A program made the translations under genes and the position numbers. DNA of 62,249 nucleotides, counting the filler, from Choristocarpus tenellus KU-1152 (lineage: Eukaryota > Protista > Phaeophyceae): NCBI GenBank assembly GCA_964200185.2. It is 11 parts of 11 records of this genome, joined end to end, with 100 filler letters (N's around TTAATTAATTAA, not from the genome) between each part and the next. Parts side by side here need not be neighbours in the genome. Positions count along the whole stretch, not along the records: positions 49,424 to 55,135 come from CAXNAD020009937.1; positions 55,236 to 62,249 come from CAXNAD020006862.1; 9 more parts are not named here. One strand, given 5' to 3'. Each line of letters begins with the position of its first letter. Position 1 is the first letter of the stretch. Of this stretch, positions 49,748 through 62,249 are shown in pieces. The notes under the pieces are model-generated. The model had not been told where the DNA came from. It saw nothing but the letters and a program-made list of their open reading frames with translations, and made no database searches.

Positions 49748-51415
49748 GAGAGTGTGTTCCTGATGCTCCCTGAAGACAGGGACCAGTATGGCTCAAATAG
49801 TGAATACTATCCTTTGGAGGTTATCATCCCGATACTGTTCTTTTTTCAGTCTGCAAGGGTGGCATTTTTACTGCGCACTCAATGTACAGCGGATATTTTT
49901 CTCATTGACTGGGAGAAGGTAAGCAAAGTTTATAGCATAAACAGCCTTGGAGATGGTCTATCGCCTCCCTTTATGTGTCCTTGATAAGTCTAGCATGCCT
50001 ACTGTATTGCCAACTGTGTTTCGCTCAAATATATGTACTTGGTGTATTTATGCTTCATTGGAACTACAAGACAAAGTGCACAAAATCCGTTTTTTAATCT
50101 TGATGGCTTCAACACTTACATACTCTTGTCATGGCCATCCAGGCATGTCTACACGAAGAGGTTGATGAAAGAGTGTCAGTTCAGCTAGATCTTGGGAATT
50201 GGTACTGTCCAATGATATAATCTTATACCACCTGTGCGCCCACCCTTTGTTTTTCACTTAATTTCTCTTCAAAGTTTAATTCCCAAACACATTGCTCTTC
50301 ACCTCAGCCTTGACCTTTGCCTCGGTTGGCCTTGAAATGTTCCATCATTGCTTGTCATACACGTGGCATTTTCAGGATGGGCGCAACAAGGTTCGCAATG
50401 GGGAAGTTGGTGCTCGAGGGGGGGTGTCAGTGTGGCGTCAGCTTCTGGTGGCCAATGAATGGAACAAGCTAGGTACACAGCGCCGGATCAGTCTAAGCTT
50501 CACTCTGTTATGGATGGGGTTTCTAATGTCAGGAAGGCGGCTGCAATACAATGCAACACCGCAGCCAGCTCTGACTGATAAAGAGGTGGGGTGCAGCAAG
50601 GTTTGGTTGGAAGGACAAAATAGACTGGAGTGGTTGATGGCATGAGTTCTGAAGATAAAAGGGAACAAAATCTATGTGTACAAGTGGACATTTCGGTCAA
50701 TAAAAGGGTCTACTGAATGTAGCTGAGTGGGGCGTGACAGGTGACAGGGTCAGGCACAGGGTGATAATATACATTGAAGATGTGTCCTGATGGTGCTGAA
50801 GAAAAAAATGGTAGGGAGGGAGAGGGACAGGGGAGGTCTTGGTAGGACCTATCACAAGATCAGTGCTATATTGCTCAGATGTTGCTTGTAAATGCTTTGT
50901 TTAACAGGAGTCTACTGTATATGTACACACAAAATATTTCGCCGTATTTTATATCAAATCTCATTGGGTGTGGTGAGCAGGAGGGAGCTCTGAACCCTGC
51001 CCTGCGATTTGCCAATGTCACGTTCTGGTGGATCCTGTTGTCAGCCTTGCAGTGGCTATTCAGATGGGCTATCTATGAGCGATATTTCTCAGAGCCTCCA
51101 GAAGAGAGGCAAGTACAGGGGTATGTCCATGCGCTAATACATAAGTATTGCAAGAGATTTTGTAGGACTCAAAAAAATCATTGTGAGACTAGGGTAGTTC
51201 TTGACCTAGATTTGGTAGGATGACTCTTGTATTCCTTGATAGCACCCTGAACCTCAGCTTTCTATTACAGACCTGCGCAAGGAGGTAGTGGAAGACGAGA
51301 TAAAATCTAGTGTAGGTAGAGATCAATATCTCCAGCTTAGGCCCTTACTAGAATGTCTATGTATGTACGTGTTTTTTTGTATCTCCATATATGTGCATTT
51401 ATCTGTGTTTTTGGC

Positions 51416-51448
<33 letters not shown>

Positions 51449-54400
51449 TCTCCCTCTCCCTCTCTCCCTCTCTCTATCTCTTAACAGTATGTGTTATGTT
51501 TGCTGCATGTGAGTATTTATTCAACAATAAGTTTAGTCTCAACGAAATTGGCAGGTTTGTGGATATGGCTACCATGGCGAAGGTATCAATTCTTGTACTT
51601 GATGAGAAGTACCACGGCTGGTACTTGCACTGCCGCAGCCCTTACCCCCAGGCAAGCTCTTTCTTCTGTCAGAAACTGTTTCACACTTGCTTGATCAGGG
51701 GTTGCTTGCCGATTCACAATCAGGGAAGGGAGCAGATTCATCTTCAAAAAGTGTGTGGGCACTACGATGATTGTTTCTTCTGCATGATATATGCTATTTC
51801 CATGGCCTATAGTATCTTAGAGGGGAAATTAGGCATCCATTTGGGGCCTTTGTGACCCTGTAGTGATTTTTGTTACATTAGAGTGAATTTGTCAGACATC
51901 AAGGATTTTTTTTTCATCTTGAAGCACCTTACTTTTCCAGCCTCCTGCCAAGCCCAAATTTGAAGGAAAATCTCCAAAATGGTTATCAAACTGGGATATT
52001 TTAACAATACCCCAAGTCCCGAATGAACAACCTGGCTTAACAACCCCCTCTCTAGGGTATTATGGGCCCAATCAATGTAGTGTTGTAGTCAACTGGTGGT
52101 AAGATTTGGTCCAGTTGAGGATCGTTCATGAGCTATAGGGCTGGGTGTTGTGCAAGATACCACTGTTTACTTGGTGCAAGTTGAAACAGAGCTGTTGATC
52201 TGAGAATAGTGCCTTGGACTATCGATCTTCCTGGAATGGTTGTGGAAATAGTCCATGTGTATGTTTTTGAATGTATTGTGGGATGTCAGTCTAGAACTTG
52301 GCAGTAAACACGAACTTTCCAGGTGTATTGAAAAGGTCTGAAAAACCAAAGTGAAGAATTTAATGCTGTTGACAAATTCAGGGCTGTGGGAGAAAAAATG
52401 TTATTCTTGTATGGAGGTCCAATATTCTTATGTAGGGAGGGGTGTATGCAGATCAACTCACTATCGAAGCTTATGCCACACAGGTCTTCGAATAGAATAT
52501 GCTGTAAGGTGTCATCATGTGTTGAACAACATGTTCAAACACAACACGTCAAGTTCAAAATGCACACTTGATCAGCACCCCAATATCCACCCTTACAAAC
52601 TCCAATGACCCTCCTGATTTGTCAACTTTTAGCACGTCGCAGCTTCAGTACCCCTTCCTCTTTCCATTCTTGGTCTCATTTCTTGCACTCTTCAATAGTA
52701 TTGAGCTTCTTCTCTGCCCCCCCTCTTGCCCTGTATATTTCTCTTTCTGGATCATTGATTGGCAGGCAGATGTCCCCATGGAGGCAATGTCTGAACAGTT
52801 AGATAAGGAGGAGGCCGGACTCACCACTGACCGGGGGCTTGAGGGTTGTGCCAAAGACTTGCAATCCTTTGAGATGTTCGTCACTACTGCCTTCCGCTGG
52901 AAATATGACAAGGTGAGCAAGGAGGGTTGTGGTAGCCAAAATGTGTAGCCAGACTCGAGTAAGCAGGTTGCTTCCAAAGGTATGTCTCTGCCAGAATTTT
53001 CCAAGCTTTTGTAGGGAGGAGGCAAATCACGTCCTTACCCGTCCTATTGCAACTGTTTCAAGAGTCATGTTGTCGCCTCTCATTATTCGTCTATTGCCTT
53101 GCCGAACCTTTTTGCACTACTTGTTTGGCCCCTACTAGGAGTCATGCTCTTTAAACCTTGTACTCCACTACCATTTTCTTCCTGCATCCCCCTCAGATAT
53201 ATCGGAGTCTCCTACCGAAGTCAGGTTTCGATGTAAAGGCCCACATGGCTGCCAACTACCCCCAGGTACTCATATGGTTCCTTCTTGATTCAGAAATCCT
53301 ACCACACCACACATTCTCATCCATCATCTTGGAGTTCAATACAACAATTACAGTCACTTTCGAGGTACTGGAGAGGTCTGGTCAGCCTTACCTTAGGTTC
53401 CTCATTAAGATTCAAAGTAAACGAGAGGTACCCAGTGTTGCAATTTAAGGATGCTGACAAATTTGTGTAGTAGTTTTTTTCACAAATTCGTGTAGGACAT
53501 TTTCTGAATTCTGTTAAAACTATTCAAACACAGGAGAGAAGTCAACACTCTGAAGTCCAACTTAGCAAGCACTTGATCCATAGTTAATTTACACCCAACG
53601 GACTTACGACCATCTGACCTTGCCCCGCTGTTGACAGTTGCAAAATACCGCTGGGTCCGTTCGGGATCATAAATCCAATGTTGCAATTTTGATAAATTTT
53701 AGCTATAGTGTTTGTTAGTAAGTGTTAATATTCTTGCTCCAGACACACCTTTCATAGTTGTATACATTTTAGGTAACTGTATGCACACAGAAAACCGAAA
53801 AAGGTCATCAGAAATCAGTAGGAACCCAAGCCCCGAAAGAACAAACAGGGCAAAACTCCTACCCTCTTAAATGCTCTGGTTCCAACGACCAAAACTTGTT
53901 TTCCTCTCCTTTTCTTTGGCTCTTAATCCAATTGCTTGTTTCTTGCTTCGAGTTTCAAAAATTGCCTCTACCTCTAGCTCTTGAATTTCCCTCTCTGCCC
54001 TCGACTTCAAATGATGGTCAGACACAGGCACAGACCCATGTCCACTTCACAGTACCTCCAAAACCCCTGTCCTCATTAGGCAGCAGGGTTACTAGGGAAT
54101 CCAAGCAGGGCCCTGGGCCACAGCAGCAGACAACGAGGGGGGAGAGCAGCACTAGGGGCACTGAGAGGTCTGAGGTCTGTTGGTGGGCCTCAGTCCCGTA
54201 ACTCAGATGCAGTGATATCTGCTGCGAAGGAATTGACATCGTTTCTACAAGGATTTGTGGAGCAGGTATGTACAGCTTGAAACGAGATGTATGAGGAACT
54301 TGGAAGGGGGATAGGGGGATGGGTACTCTGTAATGCAAATAGTAACCTGTCAAATTGTCACCCCCCCATCCCATCCCACTATTTCAATTTGTGGGGCAAA

Positions 54401-54792
54401 GCAGAGTGCTATGGATGAATTTTGCACGTACTTTCTTTGTGGGAGAGTAGGGGACGGCCCCAAACCTTTTTGTGTGGTGATACTGATATTTCTTGGGCTC
54501 GGATGGCCGTGGTGATACTATCCTATTTGTACAGAATCCTGTTCAAACTGATGAAGCGTTGCATCTGGAGATCATTGCCAAAATAAGAAGAGCTCCCATG
54601 TATGCTTTGTATCATATCTGCTTTCCCTTTTGGTAACAGACACATCACTCCATTAACAGAAACCATTCTGTTTTCTTGGAACAATTCTCCTCCTTGCCCT
54701 TGCAGAGTTACTCCCGTGAAGAACTGAAGCGGTCATATCGAGAGCCAGCATGGTGGGATCGCCTATTTGGAACACCACCTGACATGAGACAG
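49748..54792 (+). CDS. TMEM67: Meckelin (TMEM67/MKS3), internal part. Exons 49748-49918, 50376-50585, 50981-51108, 51555-51651, 52766-52912, 53197-53265, 54080-54265, 54706-54792
   Basis: DIFLIDWEK, VSVWRQLLVANEWNKLGTQRRIS and RFVDMATMAKVSILVLDEKYHGWYLHCRSPYPQADVPMEAMSEQLDKEEAGLTTDRGL are meckelin signatures. Intron phases are consistent. Confidence 0.92.
51416..51480. repeat. (CT)n-rich microsatellite in a TMEM67 intron
   Basis: Read directly from the sequence. Confidence 0.9.
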
Positions 54793-55235
54793 GTGATCAA
54801 TACATTTCTAAGGTCTTGGGTAGACAAGGCCAGCAACTTCTGAGGAGCCGGCCATCAGCTATGGGATTTGAATCAGTTGCACTGGATACACATGTAGGCA
54901 GGATGCTCAACACCAAAATGTATTCTGGATACAAGAATGAACCTGTAGCAATAAAACCTAGAACACCTCCTAGCAGTACGACAATCGTCCATTTTTTTTC
55001 AATGAGAATCAAGTGTGTATCACAGTCATACTCCACCAAAAGAGGTACAATCGAACGTGAGTTACGCTAGACTATCTTCTTTCCTCAACACTGCAAAGGG
55101 GGTAGAGGACCCAAAGTATCTGGGAGGGGGGAGATNNNNNNNNNNNNNNNNNNNNNNNNNNNNNNNNNNNNNNNNNNNNTTAATTAATTAANNNNNNNNN
55201 NNNNNNNNNNNNNNNNNNNNNNNNNNNNNNNNNNN

Positions 55236-58200
55236 CTTGTTCCGGACAAACTTTTCATAACGTATACATTTTACCTACTCTGAAACATTTTGGAGTAGGT
55301 AAAATGTCATTAAAAACCTGTGGGAAGACAAGCCCCAAATGGACAAACTGGGAAATACTCGTACCCTCTGATACTTTCACTCATCCGGATAACGACGACA
55401 ACGTCTTGTTTGGTCTGAATAGACAACATAGGATCATGCTCCTGAGGGTCATTAAGTGCGTGGCGAAGGAAGATAATATCCCATGTAGCATCGACCTCCC
55501 AGCCCATGTCACAACATGATGGACCTCAGACATCGGAGCAAATCTCCAGATAGGCGAGCACTGGAGGTTCATGTGGAAGATATTCCACACTGCAGTCACG
55601 AGAAGGCTGAATCCATACCGATAGGAGAGAGTGTGGTGGCCAGCAGATCACACGTGCCTAACATCCTCGACATATTCCATTGGATGGTGTGTTGGGTTGC
55701 AGCTATCATGGAGTATAGGTGTGACCTCAGGTGTGACAGGTCCCGACCCTACCTGCAGGATACAGGTGAGGACTCTGTTCGTCGCACGCCCATGACGACA
55801 TTGCTAACCCGATGCAACCAACACTGTCTGGGAGACATAGAATTCCGGAGTGCTGATGCCGCGTTCCAGATGGCAATAAGGAGGAGGGTTGCTGCGAAAA
55901 TAAAGGCATTCCTCACGGAAGCGTGAGAGGACACACTCATGGAAACCGGGATGAGAAGACTCGGCAACCAAACATCCGTCCAGTTCTACATTTCCATCGC
56001 CACCCTTGTGTAGATATGCGCGGGAGAAGGTGAGGTTCTCACGGCTCCTTTTAAGGAAACGATTTGTGAAACGATTATAAAGCATCACCTACTTTTTGTC
56101 TCCCATATCCATATTAATTTGGCATCGGTGATCCAACTAACTCAATCCCTTTCTTCCCCTCACTATGTTCCACCAGAAACAAAAGAGGTGGAGGACATCC
56201 TTCTCGGTGTGTGGAGAGAACACAAGAAGCGCGATGACTCCAGTGTAAGCGCAGTGCAGCCATCTTGACATTTCAACATCCAATACCCCATCACTAACGG
56301 TCCAGCAACGCCGTACTAACCCCTGGCTTCACAGACTGAACTTGAATTGACGATTTATACATGTGCATCGCCATCGGTGATATGAGATACGCCATTAACC
56401 AACATACCCACTCCCTTTCCCACGTTCTTCTGTCCTAATCATGCGACCTTATCCTCCGCACACTTAACACGCACCCAACTAGGACAAATTCGACTTTAGG
56501 GTGGTTCACATGTTCGCTGTGCTGTGGTACGCTAACCCGGACACCGCTATCGAATTCCTCAAGAACTGCGGGGGGTTCACACACGTGTACAGGTTACAGG
56601 TGGGTTAAACATTGCCAATACGTACTCACGCGTCGAACCCTAAGCCCATGGGGTTCTGCTGCACGACACGCATCCCCCGCAAACCCTTCTTCGATTGATA
56701 CATTGTTAACCCTAAATCCTTCACATCCTCAAAGCACGTTCTTTCCCAGGTGCCTAATGGAATACGATCGCCCACCTACACGTGTAGCTCACAGACGAGG
56801 TCAAGGAGCAGCACTTCGCAAGAATATGCACTGATGTCCTCGCTGGAGCTGGACTATCCATCCTCAGAGGGGAGACCCCCCAAGGCCATCGCTGACACGA
56901 CATTGTGGAAGTGGCTGTGCATGTCTTCTCAGAGCAGGAAGCCTAAAGACTACCTACTGACGCACTCTCATTGTCGAATGTTGTCGGGACGGAGACATTT
57001 CCAGAGGAATAGGAAAGTCAAGCTTTGACTGTGACGATTCACCCAACTTATACATGTATGTGCATACACCCCCTGCTGACCCTGCAACAGCTGCAATATT
57101 TACCATCAAGTTTGTGCCTCGGGAGGCAGACACCCATGTCATACATGTGATTTACCATATACCACTATCCATGCGCTCCTCCATGACAGTTCTCGACCAC
57201 ACTAAGGACATCCGGAACAAACGACCCCCTGCCGACCCCGACCATTGAAAAAATAAGAAGAAGCGAGGAAAGGGGACGAAGAACAGACCAGGGGACCGTG
57301 ATCCAGACCCTGCATCTGCCGCCCAGGCCGAGGGAGAATGGGCATCGCAACCGTGGAAAATCAAAAGGGCATACTTGATTAGAATGCACACCAAGGATGT
57401 CCTCATCGAAAGGCCTGTCCTGGCGGTCGTTGTGCAGGTCATGAACGACCTCAAGAGGAAAGATGAGCTAGGGATCGACCCCTACGCCGATGATTCCTCA
57501 GTCGGGTCTTCAGAAGAGTCTGCTCCTAAGAAACGATACATCCTGAGCGAAGAGGTACCCAAGGGAGTGTCTGGTTCATCCTCTCATCTGTCCACGTATT
57601 TGAGTTCGTAACAAGTCACTTCATAATAAACGCTCTGACCGCGCACAATAATTTTACCCCATAAAATCGAAAGGTGAAAAGGGACCTCGTGTTGCGGGAT
57701 GTGAAGGAAGGTACAGTCTTCCTGGACGTCGTCAAATACTCAGAGGGTGTTAAACTGAATACCAGTGGCGAACACGAAGGCAGGCAATTACATCATTGTA
57801 CAACATTTGCCATACGTGAACATCACACATCGTTCCCTAACCCAAACACATCACCTGGACTCTCACAGATCTTACCAATGTTGGACAGTTTCACAATGTA
57901 GACTGATGCGGGGTTCTCGAGTTTTACATGTTCCGAAGATGCTCGTCGAACAGTTTTATTCATGCTTTCGCTATGTTGTGTCGATCGACACAACCCAGCG
58001 CAGGCCGGGAAATTATGTCGCGATTCATGTCCTATAGTCCTATACGCATCCTCTTGACCCTATGTTATAAGCCCTACTTGTCTTCCTGATTTATGGACTC
58101 AAAGAATCCGCCCAAGTATGTCAAACTGCACGTACTCCTTTCCTTCCATCTTTTCTTCAGTCTTTGCAACTCCCGTATATCATCCTTTGCTTACTCCTTT

Positions 58201-61200
58201 TCACCAACCTCTAACTCATCCTTTGCTTCCTAACTCTAACCCCTCTTCCCATTGTTTTGCCTCCTACTTCCTACTTTCCTCGTCCTTTGCCTAATCGTCC
58301 ACCATTACAGAGCTAACCCAAGTCACAAGCATTGTGATTACGCCAGAGAAAAATGCCACGTCCGAGCACGACGTTCACAAGTTCAAGGCAGAAACGAGCG
58401 CTGCCCACGAGAGCACAGTTGCCCTTCTCCAGATCCGACCAGGAGGCATCGTAATCACATGCACCGCCCTTGGGCACAACCACGATCCAGATCGTATCCA
58501 ACTCCTCATCGACGAACTCTCCACCTTCTGCGTTTTTGTGCTGTCGAAGACACCAATAGCTGGTGGCGTATCCACGTCTAAACCTTGCGGGGGACCCGAC
58601 CCACTAGGTGATGAAGGGGAACAGGAGACGCCATTGCCTAACCCTACAGTAGGTTTGGGAAGCGGGACACTCCACGGGGGAAGGCATCCAACCACACCTT
58701 CAGAACACGACTCCGAAGGCGATGGAGACTGACCTGATTGTAGCGCTTTGTCATATCCAGAGGAAGATGTCCAGGACGTGGGGGGGCGGCTAGGCACGGA
58801 CTCAGAGTCCATGCCTGTCAGGGGTGACCCTGGAATGTCCCCATATGTCCATGCGGCGGGCAGCAGCGGCGATGACTCCGTCGATCCCGACCCAACGGGT
58901 AGAGGGAACAGGAATGACGATACTGTGGAGTTAAGTGCAGACTACACCCATGCCGAGTCAACAACACCAAGGGTTGATTTGACATCATCAGGATCCTCAC
59001 GTAGGGACAAGCTTCTGCAAAAGGTAAAGGGAGGGTCAAAACGACGGTCATTAGGAAGAAGAGGTTGGGAGAAGGTGCTGAAAGGATCAGATCATTCAAA
59101 CAGCCTCGTGGAAATGACGGACACGATTTAGAACCTAGCTTTTTTGCGGACGTCTTTGCTTCTGCCAGAAAGGGCGGAGGCGCGGAAAATGCAGCGCCAT
59201 CTAATACCAGGCATGATGATGATGACGAAAGGTTCGCGCATGGTGATGATTGCAGCATTACACAGAACGCGGTCGACTTCAGCGATGCATCCGTCGTGGG
59301 GATCACCGAAGCCTTCATGGGGACTTGCGTTACCGAGCTCCTACGATCGGCAACAAAACCTGCATCTTCGGTGTACAGAGTGCAAGCACAGATCCTAACC
59401 CAGGTCATATACGGCCATGGGTTTAGGCTCGTAAAGCTCGGTAGAGCGGCCAAAAATCTTGTATTGGGGGATGACTGCTACGTCCATGAGCCCACACAGC
59501 TAAAACTCAGCGGTCATGGAGGGAAGTCCAGCAGCACGTTACATCCGGATCATGTGGAAGCACTCCGTCAAAGGAAGGCTATCTTCATGAGTCTCGTGAA
59601 GCCCGAACCGTGGAACGACAGGCACTCCACGCGCCTAAATCTCCGGCACGTTCTAACGGAGGCATACCCGAAGCTTGTAGAGTGGTGGGAGAAGGGTGAG
59701 GAATGTCATTTCGACTCCGCCCACCAATTGAAATAAGACTTCAGTCGTTTCACTTTTTTGTTGAAGTATGGGTCGAGTTACTTGTGTCTGATTCGTGCAT
59801 CAGTGTACCTTATCTTGGTGTCCGACTACCATGTTCATGCAGTTTCCATCCGATGGGTTACGCATTTACACAGGGGTATCGGATGCGTTGTTACCAGTCA
59901 GAGGTGTCAGTGTATCATATATGATACTCATTTTGAGAATTAGACCTGTGTTCTTATTTGTTTAACAGAGCGTGTCCAATCCAAGGTTCAGACTACTAAA
60001 ATATAAAACATTTTATAAACAATTCTTCTCCACCTTTTTCATTAAGTTTCCAATCATTTCGCCAAGACCTGTGATGAATACATTGTCTTCTTACCAGCCA
60101 CTAATTATTCCCTGAACCCTACTACCTAGCTCCCCCCTGCTTTTCAATACTCCTATCTCATGCTTTGTCCAAGTGTTGACAAACGAGGGTCGATCTTGTC
60201 CTCCTTCAAATCTTGGAGGAAAATATCCCGAAGTCCACGTCCGATGCTCCTAAGCACAACACCAACCCGGAGCCTACCCCAAACACGTGCCATGAACTCG
60301 ACAAATGGCCTGGATCGCCACCCCCGCACATCGACATGACCATAACCTCACCCTAACACTTACACTGAGCCCATCTGCATCCCGTGGCAACCTAAAATTG
60401 ACAAGCGTCTTACCTGAATTACATACCAGTGCCGTCATCGACCCTACTTACGCCAAACCAACCCTAGCTCACCAGGATTTAATAAACCTACTAACCTAAA
60501 CCCGAATCAAGGGAAGTGTATCTTAAGATAATTCCAGCGAAACGTACGACAATAGACCTTGACCAATAACCCTTCGTGAACACATTCAGAATCTGTCGAC
60601 ACATGCTACCAAAGAAACACTACACTAACCCGAAAGCAAAACCTAACCCTTTTCCCTTCCTTCAGGCCAACAACTTAAGACCTAACACCCTGAGCGACAA
60701 CCCCGTTTGTGTACATACTAAATCCGACACATGCAAGCAAATAAATGAAACACTAAATTTAAAACAGTACATGGATTATTTTTTAATTCCTTGTGCACAC
60801 ACCGGGACAACAGGCCGTAACTGATAGTCTTCTTTGTGTACATACCAGACACGACCCATGCAAGCAAATAATAAACGAAAAACTAACCTCGAAACAGTCC
60901 ATGGTCGTTTTTAAAAATTCCTCGTGCTAACACTGGGACAACACACCCTAACCGACAGCCCTCTTTATGTGCTAGCCAAATCCCACTCATGCAACCAAAC
61001 AAACCAATACCTAACCCTGAAACAACCAGTGGCATATTTCTCATTCGCCATCATAACCTATACGACCAACATAAACAAAACCAATAAGCCTGTTTGAACA
61101 CATTCGAAATCCGATGCATGCAAACGTCGAAACTCCTAACTAAATGGCAACCTAACCAACAGCCCTCTTTCCCCCCCCCCACATTGCAAATCCGACACAT

Positions 61201-61285
61201 GCAACCAAATCACACCAAAAAATGAAAATCGAAAAAAGGTCAAAAACGGACGCCGACACCCCTCCCCCCCAGATACTATGACCCT
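55236..61285. mobile_element. Large (~6 kb) unclassified putative DNA element with decayed intron-containing ORFs, ending in the G-tract family terminus
   Basis: Right end ATCCGACACATGCAACCAAATCACA..CCCCCCAGATACTATGACCC at ~61190-61285, preceded by ~130-bp subterminal tandem repeats. Plus-strand coding-like segments at 55390-59736 carry stops and frameshifts. Confidence 0.5.
60570..61220. repeat. Degenerate ~130-bp tandem repeats (5-6 units) with core ATCCGACACATGCAA
   Basis: Core recurs near 60596, 60722, 60855, 60980, 61108 and 61190. Confidence 0.8.
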
Positions 61286-62249
61286 CCACCCCACCTTCCT
61301 CCACCACACTCTACAAAACTCCACCTTCCTCTGCAACACTTCTCCACCACACAACACCACATCCCACCACACCACTGGACATTCACTCAAGAACACCCAC
61401 CAATCATCCTCTCCCGTACTGTGCCTTCGAACTAGAAGACAGCTACCCTGGTCGAACTTGACCTCCCATCTGGGTTGATGTCTATATCTAGTTCCCAGGT
61501 CCACCTCTTGCCCTGGGCGTACCCAGTCATTCCTACTTCTATGCCAAGCCTCTTGACTACTACACTGAGTCTCTTTGGTTAGTCCTAACGTATATCGCAA
61601 GTGCCTCCAACTCCCATCTTCCTTCCCTTTGTATCACTACTTCCGCTGCTCCCATTGTTGCTATTCTTGTTGCTCCCCCAATACTGCTGAAGTTTGAGAG
61701 AAGTACTCATATGATCTCAACTTGAGTTCCTTTGCTATACCACAGACCAAGGCTGACTCCCAACCTCCGCATAATCCCTTTCCATGCTTCTGACATAAGT
61801 GAAAGAAATATGGAAATGTTGTGTAGGCGGACTGAAGGTCAAGGAATTGCTTGTGCAATTGTTGGAAATCTAAATCCTAATCCTAAATGTTATTCATCCT
61901 ATCGCTTTCTATACTCAATCGGTTACCCGCACACCCCAACCAGAGTCACATCCACTCTACTCCTTTTTTTGGTTGTGCCTTCCTACTACTGGGAAAAAAC
62001 AAATACTCAAGATTTTGTATGTACGACATTCGACTCCTCCCAATCCCCCTCTTTTTGAGTCAAGGAAAAGGAATGGGTTCAACTGTGTATGAGTTAGGCT
62101 TCCTCCTGTTACGAACATGGCCTAGTAAATACGACCAATGAGTCATTTACGAAGGGTGAAAAGGCATGGACATAGATGTTCGTAGATAGTGCTGCTGATA
62201 CACTATAGACACCACTGGTGGATTGTGTGATAGGGTAGAGAGCCAGTGA

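Overview
Eukaryotic, intron-rich nuclear DNA, most likely from a brown alga or a close photosynthetic stramenopile. This is an inference from the signal peptide plus Phe-motif plastid presequences, TTAGGG repeats, a ciliary meckelin gene and snoRNA guides matching the CCAUCG form of 18S. The window is a chain of about 11 short contigs joined by artificial 100-nt N44-TTAATTAATTAA-N44 linkers, so adjacency across linkers is not evidence of synteny. Recognisable genes are an intact 3-exon pogo/Tigger-derived gene lacking its third catalytic Asp, eIF3e (5' part) head-to-head with RPL26, a DUF1997 protein, a GNAT acetyltransferase, one exon of an RF3-like gene and 8 exons of TMEM67/meckelin with two GC-AG introns. 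RPL26 intron 2 holds a snoRNA cluster: three paralogous box C/D RNAs with guides complementary to 18S rRNA, plus further structured candidates. Mobile DNA includes a Tc3-like element with ~383-bp TIRs that overlap its own ORF, a decayed pogo related to the intact gene, Gypsy and Copia remnants and non-LTR fragments. An abundant ~180-bp G-tract TIR element also occurs, and its terminus caps a ~6-kb unclassified element carrying decayed ORFs. All calls are by eye; no searches were run.
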